A DNA stretch of 64,000 bases from positions 434,001-498,000 of the forward strand of contig CBFDEM010000057.1 of the NCBI GenBank assembly GCA_965603825.1, given 5' to 3'. Positions 12,964 to 23,832 of this stretch are shown in pieces. A program made the position numbers and the translations under genes. The DNA is from Blepharisma stoltei ATCC 30299. Its lineage: Eukaryota; Protista; Ciliophora. Under the pieces are notes generated by a model. That model saw nothing but the letters and a program-made list of their open reading frames with translations, did not search any database and was not told the origin of the DNA. Every line of letters starts with the position of its first letter. The stretch's first letter is position 1.

Positions 12964-15558
12964 ATGAAAAGCGAACCAAAACTTATACTTAATTCAGAGC
13001 AAGATTTAGAACGAGAATTTACCATGATTAGCACTCAGCTCGCAGATATAAGTAAGCTCTAATTAGAGACTGATTGGAATATGCGGATAAATGCCTTAAA
13101 AAGAATGCAAGCCATCATCACATCCGGAGGTCCTTCATTCGAGAATTTTATTAGTTTGTTCTTAAAATTCATCAACCCTCTCTCAGTCCAGCTTAACGAT
13201 CTTAGGTCAGCCATAGTAAAAGAAGCTGCCAAAACAGCCTCAATTGCGGCTCAAACCTTAGGCGATTCCTTTGAAAATTGCGCTGAAAGGCTTGGTGATA
13301 CTCTTTTTCGAGTTCTTAACTCAGGAACCAAAATTATTGCAGACACCGGCCACCAGTGCTTACTAGAAATTATTGACGCGGTGACATGTTGGAGACTGAT
13401 TCCTAAAACAGTAGAGCAATATACAAATAAAAATGCAAGCATAAGGATAAGAGCTTCGCAGTATTTGAAAATGATGCTTGAAAAATACCCGGTGGAGTTG
13501 TTTGAATATGCCTGCTCAATAAAAAATGGGTTTATTGAAATGGTTGAGCAAGGGCTGACACTTGCAGTAGCTGATGCAGCTGCAGATGCAAGAGCGTTTG
13601 GAAGACAAGCGTTCTTGGCATATAGAAATCTGTATCCTGATAGAGCAAATAGGCTGTTTATAAGATTTGATAGTTCGGTGCAAAGGGCATTTGGGGATAT
13701 CCAAGGAGCAATCCAAGTTTCAGCTGCTTTGACATCGAATACTCCTAAGAGGTCTACATCAGCTAAAGGACCTAGAACATCATTAAAAAGTCCTGTAGTC
13801 AAAAATAAGCAGCCAAGAGAGCCAACATTTACAGAAGAATCCCCAAAACTGCCTGAAAAAATCATAAACTCCCCCAAACGAGTAAAATCAGCACTGCCAA
13901 ATGGTCTTCCAAAACTGAATGAAAAGAAAAAAGAAGTTGTCCTTAAAGCAGAAGCAGAAATGTCTATGAAAACTATGCCAGAATCAGCTTTTAAGACAAT
14001 ATCTGACTATGGGTCTACAGGTGGCAGTGCAAATATCGGAGATTTAATTAGACCTCCCCCTACAAAAGAAAGAAAGCCTGAACTAGAAATCCCTGAAAAA
14101 GCTAATATCGAAGACCCAATCACTAAATTTGAATTTATCATAGAAAAAACCTATCATGAAAATTGGTCAACACGGCTTAATTCTTTTGAAAGACTGGCAA
14201 AACAGTTTAAAGATACTGACCGAGACGTTTATATCGAGCTATTGTCTAATTATCAAGATTTATGGGAGAAATTCATTATGGCTCATATAGAGCATATAAA
14301 TGATTCAAATTTCAAGGTGTCTGTGGCTTCTTTGGAGTCCCTAAAAACAACTGTGGAGCTATTTCCTGAGAAAGTTAGCTTTTCACTAGAAAAACTTATT
14401 CCAAAGCTGATCGCTTGTATGGGAGATAATAACAATAATGTGTCTACTAAAGGAAATGAACTGATTGAATTGATTCTTGATATTTATATCCCAGAAGACC
14501 TATTAACTTTGCTGCTTCGATATTCTCCAGCAGAAATGAAGCCCCGCACAAAAGCAAAACTTATTGAATTCTACGAGACCTTAGCCAGGTCATCCACAGA
14601 TTTTTTTTCTTCCCAGCTTAATGCCAAGCAATTTATTACTCGGTTGATTGCTCTGCTTAAGGATAACACAAATAGGCAATCAATTCAACAAATTGTAGCA
14701 ACCATTGAGACATCAATTGAAGCTAACCCAAATACTACACTTAATGCAGTGGCCGACCTGCCTCCACAAGATCTGGCCTTCTTCAGAAGATGCTTGCAAG
14801 ATGTAGGGTCGAGTTTGGAAGCTGATATAAGAGCGTTTATGAGAAGATCGACACCTGTGGAAAATACCAAGCAGGAGGAAACTAAGCAAAACTCAGCAAT
14901 AAAAACAATTATAAACCAATGTCAAGCTTCAGGAGCGGTAAGATATGATGGATTGAAAAAAATCCAAAAACTTAATGAAACCAATAGTGATTCTTCAATA
15001 TGAACTGATAACTTAGGAAGCATAGTTAAAGCTTGCCTAGAATGCCTCAATGACGAAGCCTTATCTATTAGAGATTGTGCTCTACAAGTCCTTAAGGAAA
15101 TTTTCAGAAATCACAGCACAGGACTTGCTGACATCATAAAAGAGTGCTTAACATCTCTGGCCAAAGGTTTTTATTTCGAAGAAAGACATATGCTCCAAAC
15201 AACTGAAGAAGCTATAGAAGAGTTGATTTGCACCCAAAATCCTTCTATTTTAATTCCCATTCTCCTAGAATTTATTGCTAAAGAAGAAATCCCAGCGATC
15301 CAAGCGTTTATCAGACAGCTAACAAAAGCTGTAAAAAGATGTCCAGCAGATAAGCTGTCAGGGCTGATGAGAGTTGTGATTAATCAAATGAAAGAGTCAT
15401 TTAATCACAGCAATGCTGACGTAAGGAAATCTGTGGTATTTTGTCTTGTTGAAATTCATTATATTTTGAGAGAAGGGTTCGATATATATTTAGAAGAGCT
15501 GAGCCCAAGTCAGCAAAAATTGGTTACAATATATATACAAAGAAGGATTTTGACTTAA
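12964..15558 (+). CDS. CLASP: CLIP-associating protein (CLASP), TOG/HEAT domains, one 15-nt intron
   Basis: DWNMRINALKR, DLRSAIVKEA, ADARAFGRQAF, C-terminal ADVRKSVVFCLV..QQKLVTIYI; start recovered by removing intron 13052-13066; TGA(W) at 15001. Confidence 0.9.
13052..13066 (+). other. 15-nt spliceosomal intron
   Basis: gtaagctctaattag with an in-frame TAA; joins the ATG at 12964 to the CLASP frame. Confidence 0.9.
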
Positions 15559-15667
15559 TATTACCGTTAAGGATATTTAACATTAAAATAATGTGTAAAT
15601 TTCTATTTTTGTAAGAAATGCTACTAGTATCTTTGAATATGCTTCATTATTTACATAAGATCTGAGA

Positions 15668-16420
15668 CTAAGTATATCGCGGGAGGTTTATTTCGAAAGA
15701 AGTTTGTGATAAAGACTCTTTAGACGAACTTTTCGAGCCCGCAAGCATAGAAGAATTCTGGACATTAATTATTTTGAAATAATCTTTTTCTTCTTTTCTC
15801 TGTTTTTTATTTTTGCTATGAGCCTTCTCCTTCTTATTTGATGAAAAACTTAAGAGTTTATGTCTCGAAGAATTAAAATCATCATATGGGTTGCTATCAA
15901 TATACACATATTTTCCTAGTAAAGTCCTCTCTAGCTTTGGATTCTGCTGTACACGAGTGGAATAATGAGAAAAAGGTCTTGCTGATTGGTAGCTTTTTTG
16001 AGTTATTGAAGGAGCTTTCAGCTTTGATGTTCTGTCTGCTTTTTCACCTAAAATAGAAAAAGAGGGCTGGGAAAATTTGTGTGAACGTGGTATGTAATCA
16101 GGAGAAATGCAGGAAGATCTTGCTATTTTTACTGGAGAAGAAGGGCGAGATCTCAGCTTATTATAAAGGGTTCTGTATTTGGGCTGTGGGGTAGGAAAGT
16201 TGTAGCTTTGGGCTCTCTTGTGAGAAGGCTTAGGTTTGGGATCTAAGGTGATGTTTCTTGGGGAGCCTGAATTTGATGTGCATTGAATTCCGACTGATAA
16301 AGGATTTTGCTGGCTTTGAAAACTTTGCTTTAAGCTTGGCTTATAAGAAATAAATCAATCCAAAGTTTTGAGAGACTCGAAAACTGGCTTTTTAGGTGAT
16401 TTTTTCTGAAATGCTTGCAT
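15668..16420 (-). CDS. Hypothetical Ser/Pro/Lys-rich protein (250 aa)
   Basis: ATG at 16420 (MQAFQKKSPKKPVFESLKTLDW, W=TGA), open to TAG at 15668; the track shows only the last 79 aa. Confidence 0.7.
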
Positions 16421-16557
16421 ATAACCGCAATTTAACTCTTTTTATTTAAAGATATATAGACAAAGCCAGGATGGTCAAAGAAAGGAAGATCTATTTTTAT
16501 ATTTTATTATATTAAGATATTTTAGATATAAATACTAATTTAAATAATTATTTTCTG

Positions 16558-17169
16558 ATGCTAGATGAAATAACACTGCATGGATTTGAGACATTTGACT
16601 CTGCAGAGCCTGCCAGATTAATGTTTATCTATCATGGTACAAGCTTTATAAATGATCGGATCACTTTAGAAGAGTGGCCAGCTCTAAGAGACACAGGATT
16701 TTCAGAATTTGATTTAATTCCAGTTTTGAGCATGGACGGTCTTTCTATGGCTGGAGCTTATCCAATACTTCTATATATTTCCAGAAAACTAGGATATTAT
16801 CCTCAAAATGTGCAAGATGAATATTTTGTTGACTCTACATGCGAGTTCATTTCTCATATCTCGAAATTCTTCATTGAAATGAAAGAAAAAGATATGGACT
16901 GAATCACCAGATTTTCCCAAGAAAAGCTTCCTAATTTGTTGAAAAAGATAGAAAATACTATCACGAAGAATAATGATGGGAATGGGTGATTTCTAGGAGA
17001 TCATATCACTTTAGTTGATTTTGTGGTTTTTGATTTTATGTGGAATTTTCTGTTAAAACCAGGAAAAATAGAAGCATATGGACTACTTGTAAGCGAATCT
17101 TCTCCTAAAGTAATGGGATGGGCTTGCAGGATGATAAAAGAGTCTCCATCTTTAGCGAAATATATTTAA
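16558..17169 (+). CDS. Glutathione S-transferase-like protein (sigma-like, divergent; 203 aa)
   Basis: AEPARLMF, FINDRI..EEW, IPVLSMDG, YISRKLGYYP; C-terminal GNGWFLGDHITLVDF read through TGA. Confidence 0.87.
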
Positions 17170-17234
17170 GGGATTCCATAATGTCTTTATAATAAAATAA
17201 AATGAAAAATTAAATAGTTTAGAGAACGATTATC

Positions 17235-17999
17235 TTAAATCTTATTTCCCTTTCTTGCTTGGTGACCTCGGAAATTAGCTTGGATTCTTACTGCAGCTTG
17301 TGTTTGGCTGACTTCTACAGGCCTGAAGCTAGCCCACAAGTTATCAAAATAAGTGATATACTGCTGGCATATCTCAGGATCATGAACCACAACTAAATTT
17401 TCTTGATTTGCATTAACGGCTTGAACAGTCCAGTTGAAGCTTCCAGTAATCAAGATTTCTTTATCAATAACAACAAATTTATTGTGCATGTGAGCATCAG
17501 GATTTGTGTCAGTTTCTGTTGGAATTCCACGATCTCTGATGTATTGAATATCTGAGCCGATTTGCTTCATACATTCGTCATCTGAAATTACTTTAACGGC
17601 GACGCCTCTGTCATGAGCTCTTGTGACTGCATCTCTAAGATGATTATTTGTGATAGTAAAGACACACACGTATAATTCTCTCTGAGCTCTATCAAGCCAT
17701 TGAATTAACCTTTGTTCGCTGGCAGGGTCTGGGAAGAACAAAGCTTCTCTTGCTTTAGGAAGAGGGCGCATTAGGTTCTCTTGAAGGGCTAACACGTAAG
17801 CCTCAAGCCATCTCAAAGCTTCTTTGTCAGCATCTAACTGGACATGTCGAGATGCAACTTCAAAGATAGCTCTAGAGAGTCTGCTAAGGCCAGCTGAAGT
17901 GCCTGATGTGGATTTCAAACCTTGGACAAATTCCCTTAAAGTTTCTGGGGTGGCATTTCCGTATTTACTTTCAAGGAAGGTTTTGAAGGCATCAGACAT
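17235..17999 (-). CDS. PLD6/Zucchini/Nuc-type single-HKD phospholipase D/nuclease with C-terminal IQ motif
   Basis: HMHNKFVVID..ITGSFNWT..NQEN; C-terminal AAVRIQANFRGHQARK; start placed at the ATG at 17999 (AT-rich context), alternative ATG at 18056. Confidence 0.9.
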   Translation of the reverse strand: MSDAFKTFLESKYGNATPETLREFVQGLKSTSGTSAGLSRLSRAIFEVASRHVQLDADKEALRWLEAYVLALQENLMRPLPKAREALFFPDPASEQRLIQWLDRAQRELYVCVFTITNNHLRDAVTRAHDRGVAVKVISDDECMKQIGSDIQYIRDRGIPTETDTNPDAHMHNKFVVIDKEILITGSFNWTVQAVNANQENLVVVHDPEICQQYITYFDNLWASFRPVEVSQTQAAVRIQANFRGHQARKGNKI

Positions 18000-18560
18000 T
18001 TTAATTATAACCGGCCATTGTTTGGATGAATTAAAATGAGATTTTATTAGGCCCATGCTGTAGAGAAAATTAGTTTAATTTAAATACTTAGCAATAGTCA
18101 AATAATTCTTTTTTGGAAAAAACATAAAATTCGAAAAAATAAATTGGATAATTAATTTGGCGGATAATGTTGAATTTAGCGCTTTATCTGAAAAGATACT
18201 CAAATTTTATTTTTACATGAATTTAAGTACTCTAAACTATGATATTGTATAAAATTCTGCTTACTGGCACTAATTTGTGACGATCAAATATAACAGATAA
18301 TACCTCTATACTATTTTCACTCAAAAATTTAGACTCAACCTACTAGATGCAAGCACAAATATGCATTTCTTAAAGTGTAAGCTCAAATTTCTGTTAAAAG
18401 TTAAAAAATATCTTAAATCTTTTAACAATTTTTTAATTTTTGGAACATTTTCTTAGTCTTTTCTTTAATTTTTTCTGAAAGCACTTCTAATCTGCCCTGA
18501 CCTAATAGACAAATTATTTCTTTGTGGTGATTTCGTACGGAAAATCATTGGCTTAGATAA

Positions 18561-19475
18561 ATGGAAATATCGAATATCGAACTCCAGCTTAAGGATATCT
18601 TAGCCCACTTAGATTCGGATACAAGCTTACTCAGACTTCAGGAATTTCTCGCATCTCAGCATAATTTGAAGTTTACGTTGTCCAATCCAACAACCCGTGA
18701 CCTTCTCAATTTGATCTCCATTCACCTTAAAAAGCACATATTGCCTGCCAACCTTTTTCACTCAATACAAACATATCTTGCAAGAGATTCTGAAAACGCA
18801 GTAAATGAGAGCAAAGCAAGGTCAGTACACGACATCAGAGGGAATTTGATTTGGATGGATTCCAAATGTGAAAGCTTATTCAAATTAAATTTTCAACGAT
18901 TGAAAAAGTCGAATCTCTTCCAGCTCATGAGCCAAAACAGTCTGAATTACTTATATATGAAGCATGGGCAATATATAATGGGAGATGGTAAACCTAAGGT
19001 CATTACTTATGAACTTCAAGATACAGAAACCACACTGACGAGCCGATGTAGTCCTTTAATTTTCAAAGATAGTGCCGGTAACTTGACGTTTGGAGTTTTA
19101 CTGGAATCAAGAGAAGCCAGACACAAAATAAGCGACCAGCCAAAAGAAAACTTTAAATTGTCAAGTGCGTATAGAATCAGCAGAGATATGAATTCAGCTT
19201 CCCCTGGCTTTTATTATAATATTGGCTTATTTTCTCCATCAAATACCACTCCGTACGAAGACTCAGAATTATTTAAAAGACCAAATTTATCCCCAATTCC
19301 GACCCCTGGGCAGAATAATTGCCCAAATAAAATGGTTCCTTCCTCAGATATAAGTTTTGGCCCAGGTGAAATTGATAACGATATTTATAGTTTGACACCG
19401 ATTTTAGCAAATCAAATGCAGCTGCCTACAAAAAGAAGGAGAACGAATAATATTAAAATTACTGAGTTTATATAA
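18561..19475 (+). CDS. Hypothetical protein with PAS-like domain and C-terminal NLS-like motif (304 aa)
   Basis: SVHDIRGNLIWMDSKCESLF..LKKSNLFQLM resembles a PAS N-terminal half; PTKRRR near the C-terminus. Confidence 0.7.
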   Translation: MEISNIELQLKDILAHLDSDTSLLRLQEFLASQHNLKFTLSNPTTRDLLNLISIHLKKHILPANLFHSIQTYLARDSENAVNESKARSVHDIRGNLIWMDSKCESLFKLNFQRLKKSNLFQLMSQNSLNYLYMKHGQYIMGDGKPKVITYELQDTETTLTSRCSPLIFKDSAGNLTFGVLLESREARHKISDQPKENFKLSSAYRISRDMNSASPGFYYNIGLFSPSNTTPYEDSELFKRPNLSPIPTPGQNNCPNKMVPSSDISFGPGEIDNDIYSLTPILANQMQLPTKRRRTNNIKITEFI

Positions 19476-19724
19476 ATTATTAAAATGCGATTTTGAACTA
19501 AATTCAGAATTTATTTATAGAGACAGAAAATCAATAAATTTATCAAGAATTAACAATTTACTTTAGCAAGTAGAGAAGATTGAGCTATTTTCATGGACTC
19601 TTACTAAGTTTCTCTACTGTGTGGTTTGGGATTAAGCAACGCGAACATAATTTAATTCTTCAAAATGATAGACTTATATAAAGCTAATCCAACAATTTTC
19701 TCTATAAAAATACTGGTTATATAA

Positions 19725-19946
19725 TTATTCAACCCACGCGTAGATTGTTGCTGAGACTGTGCATAATGCGAGCCCCACTGCAAGAAAGATGCAAAAATAA
19801 TGCACTATATTCAGTTTTGTTTCGATTTCAAAGTCTTCGTCTATATCTGGCTCTCCTTTGCCTTCTTCATCAATCAGTAACCCTCTGATCTTATGGTTCT
19901 TTCCATTAGATAGCATATGCTCTCTTTGACTGTCTAGGCTGGACAT
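19725..19946 (-). CDS. Small tail-anchored membrane protein (73 aa)
   Basis: ATG..TAA ORF with an acidic N-part and a single C-terminal TM (IVHYFCIFLAVGLALCTVSATIYAW). Confidence 0.65.
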   Translation of the reverse strand: MSSLDSQREHMLSNGKNHKIRGLLIDEEGKGEPDIDEDFEIETKLNIVHYFCIFLAVGLALCTVSATIYAWVE

Positions 19947-20008
19947 TTATATTCTCATGTTTTATTCAACAGCCAAATCCTTTTGTGATTACACATAAAT
20001 AATTTAAA

Positions 20009-23000
20009 TTAATAATTTCTCTTCGATTTCTTCGGCTTGAATCCTCTAGACTCTTTGAGATTTTCATACGCATTGTCTTTGGGCATTAGTTTTTCGACTT
20101 CATTGATGTTTTTGAGCATTTCGGCAGCGGTTATTAGAGGTGGATTGTCCTCAGTAAGTCTTGTATTTAGTTTTTTAAATCCTGATCTCCCTTCTACTTC
20201 TCTTGAAGTCCCAAATCTCTTTGTTGAATTTGGCAAGTTTGCTATTTTATTCATGATATTTCTAGCTCTTATTTGCTTCCTACTCTTAACTTCTTCTTTG
20301 ACATCGAAATTTCAATCAGAAGGAACCCTTGAGCCTTGTTTGAGCACTCCTAAGCTTTCGCCGTTGATTGTCCAAAGTTTAGCCATATGATCTAGGCCAG
20401 TTGAAAATACTCCAGTTGTAGTGAGCTCACTTATATACGATAAATGCTTAATTGCGTCATTATGAGCTCTCCATTGAATGACTTGTCGTACATAATGGTC
20501 TTCTTTTAGAGGCTTCGCGACAAATTCAAGCTCATTTGAAGGCTGAGGATCTTCGGATTCTAAACTGCTTTCTGATGATTTTCTTTGCATAAAGGTAATT
20601 TTATGGGTTTTTTCTGTGTCTTGCATATCAAGATCAGCTAGCCGAGTGGGATTTCTGGATTTTAATTTTGGAGATTCTTTATGGTATGGACTTATATTAA
20701 GTTCTGTCAGCAAATCTTTGACTTCTAATAACCTTATCGTTCCTTTTTCATCACCTAGCACTATTCTTAAAGCATTATCTAAACAATAGTGAGTTGCTGC
20801 TGTGATGGTTGCAGTTTTTTCTAAAGTATGCATATTTCTCCACTTCACCAAACATTGGAATCTTGGCATATTTGGGCATGAAATTCCTCATATAGAAAGA
20901 TTTCCTCCTTGGTCTGAAACCAGAATCATAGGATAGGGGTCTAAAGACAGCACTATTAAAATATCTGAGTGGTGGCCTAATAAGACTGCTTCAAGTTTGC
21001 ATGTTTCATAGTCCCAAACTCTTATTTGGCAATCTCTTGACCCAGAATATATCAAGTCAAGAGTGCTAGAATAAGCGATGCAGGTGATGTCATTTGAATG
21101 GGCGTTTGAAATTGATCTAACTACACCTCGCCTTTTTTCTTTAAAGCCGCCTTTGAGGTTATCGTTATGGATCATAATTTTTTTATCCCAGGAACACGTA
21201 ATAAGCAGTCTATCTCCTGCAACATAAACCATTCCAGTCACCTCTTCACTATGGCTACAAAATTCTTTAAGAATTACTCCGCTTAGGCTGTCAACCATCA
21301 CAATCCTGCCTGAATGGTCTCCAACTATTATTTTTCTATCAGACTCATCAAGAATAAGCGACGTTATATCATTGATAAAAATATCGCTAATTAATTTTAT
21401 AGGTCTTCCGGTGATGCAGTTTCACACCTTTATTGAATGCTGCCCAGCGATAAAAATTTGCAGCTGCTGAGAACTGTATTTCGCGCAAAAAATAGGAGAG
21501 TCATCAGAAATTTCAGGAATAAAAGGCTTTTCATAGTCAAAAACTTGTAATTTCCTGGAAGCAGCGATTAGTCTTCTATGTTTAGGGATTGATTTTATAG
21601 CCTTAAGCTTTAAAACATTGACGTAAAATGTCTGGATTAAAGAATAATCTTTAATATTTCATATCTTAATTACGCCTTTGGAGTCTGCTGTAACAATCGT
21701 AGGATTTATTTCTGGGCATTCAACGCCAGTTAATGGTGATTCATGCCCTTTTAAGTGGCAAATTGGTTCTGAGACATAAGGATTTCATACTAATGCATCA
21801 AACTCAAACCCACAGGAAATTAGGAGATTGTAAGCGTAAGAATAGGCTAAATACCTAATTGCTTTAATGTGGCCTTGTAAGATTTTCCTTGGCTTAGTAT
21901 TGCTTTCCCATCTGATGTCCCAGATTCTGATTTTTTTATCAGCACAGGCTGCAGCTATCTGCTGCATAGCAGTAAGCTCAACAATATGAAAAATGCATTC
22001 GTCGCCATCCTTTCAAGGCATACCTTTAGCAATCACATCAAAATAAGGGATTTCTTCAGATTTTATGTCAGGGTTCAGAATTTCGTCTACATTCCAGCCG
22101 TAAATGGCCCCTTCCATTCCAGCTGAAAATAGAGTTTGGTGCTCATGGCTCCAGAACATGGTATGCTGGGAGTCCGGGACCATGATTCTTCTTAATAAGT
22201 TATGTGAGTCTGCATGAAAAAACAGCATTGACTTATCTGAGGAGCTCAATATAATCACATGAAATTCTTGTATATATTCCGATGCTAGTGCTATCCCAGT
22301 TTTCACCATCAAGGAATACTCACATCTCAAATTATTTGCATTGTAAATTTTTAATGCCCTCAAATTCTGCTCCATAACCCCAATCTTATCAATAGAGGGA
22401 AAATAAAATAGCTTATCAATATAGTTATCATGCCTAGATTCGTCAATAATTTGGCTCGGCCTATAAGTAAGGGTTCGGTCCTTGCCCATTTCCATCATAA
22501 TTTCTTGCTCGATTAGGTATGAAGACACCATATCAAATGAGACTTTCCCAGTGTTGTGGACGTCAATTCTGTAGAAGTTGTCAATTAATTGCGAAACCAA
22601 AATTTCGTCGTCAATTTTGATTTGGTCAGCTATAACTTCCTTCATAACAACAACAAAATCTTCAATCCCCAAAGCCTGGTCTGGGAATTTATCCATATCG
22701 AGCTTTAGCCTCATGAGTCTTCCCGAGTTCATAATATTGTTTAAGTCGACATTGTTGGTATCCGCCTGAATCTGAGATTCAATTGTTTCCTCTTCTTCAA
22801 AAGTTTCATCTTTGTATATGTTTTGGCGGATTTTTTTGGCAAAAACACTTTTGGATAAAATTGCTGAAGGCTGTAATTGCTCTATGTGGGACTGAGGCTG
22901 ATCATATTCTTCATAATCATCAGGCTCGTCCTGTAGAGGGAAAACAGTGTTTCCTCCTCTTCCTTGAGGGGAAAAGGTGAATTGTTCAATTATTTTGTTG

Positions 23001-23083
23001 AGGGTGTCGTTCATAGCAGGAGACCTTCCTGAACTGATAACGGAGATGTCGTTGAGAGAAGGCATGTCATAGCGTTTATCCAT
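20009..23083 (-). CDS. EF-hand-like + WD40 repeat protein (WDR49/WDR64-like architecture; 1024 aa)
   Basis: Five track ORFs in one frame joined only through TGA, several at WD-repeat W positions (ALVWN, IKIWN, IKVWN); FYRIDVHNTGKVSFD EF-hand-like motif. Confidence 0.88.
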
Positions 23084-23407
23084 TTAAATTTATTTGCATT
23101 TCATTATGAATTTTGCTCTTTTAATGAATTTCATCAACCATGATGCCTATAGAATTAATAATTCTTCTATAAGTGCTTACATTTCTCTTTTTATTTTCTA
23201 TCTAATTTGATATCATATTATTGATTGATACGTGAAATAAGGCGGCGAAGCAAATAAAATAAAACGAATTAGCATAGCTTTCAAAGAAATTTCGTAGAAA
23301 TTCAACTCTCATCTTTTAATATCCAAAGAGAATTAATATACTTAACTTAATATCATTATGCTACTTTTAAACCTTTAAGTAAATTATGAATTTCATTGAA
23401 GTTTATT

Positions 23408-23818
23408 ATGATAAAAAGAGTAAAGAATAAACGAACAGGCCCATATAATTATGAAGAAAAGAATGACATAGGAATGGTGACAGGACTGCTAATTACTAAA
23501 GCCTACAGTAGAGATCCGAAATTAACCAGTCTTGAAAGGGACTATGTTTGATTTTGCAGAAAAACCATTTGGTCAAGCACAGCATTGCCTTTATTAACAG
23601 GCTTGATTACTTTTGTGTTCATTGACTGACTCCCCTTTATTTCTATGTGTCATTTTTATGTCCGCTGACCCATTAAACTAGGATCTCTTCTCACATTTTG
23701 ATCACTAGGAGCAAGCGAAGCAAATAAAAGAATTTTGGAGTTCCCATTAATAGAAACAGTCACAGTAAACGGCCTTCTCAAATATAAAGAATGGATAGAT
23801 GTGACTCCCAAAGATTAA
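23408..23818 (+). CDS. Hypothetical two-TM membrane protein (136 aa), absent from the ORF track
   Basis: ATG 23408 (MIKRVKNKRTGPYNYEEK...) to TAA 23816-23818 with 4 in-frame TGA and no TAA/TAG; hydrophobic ALPLLTGLITFVFIDW and WPIKLGSLLTFWSLG. Confidence 0.72.
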
Positions 23819-23832
23819 GTAATAGAGATATA

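Noticed and set aside
23791-23832. Track start MDRCDSQ for the large surface protein
   Set aside because: It overlaps the end of the upstream gene; the ATG at 23833 begins a proper signal peptide
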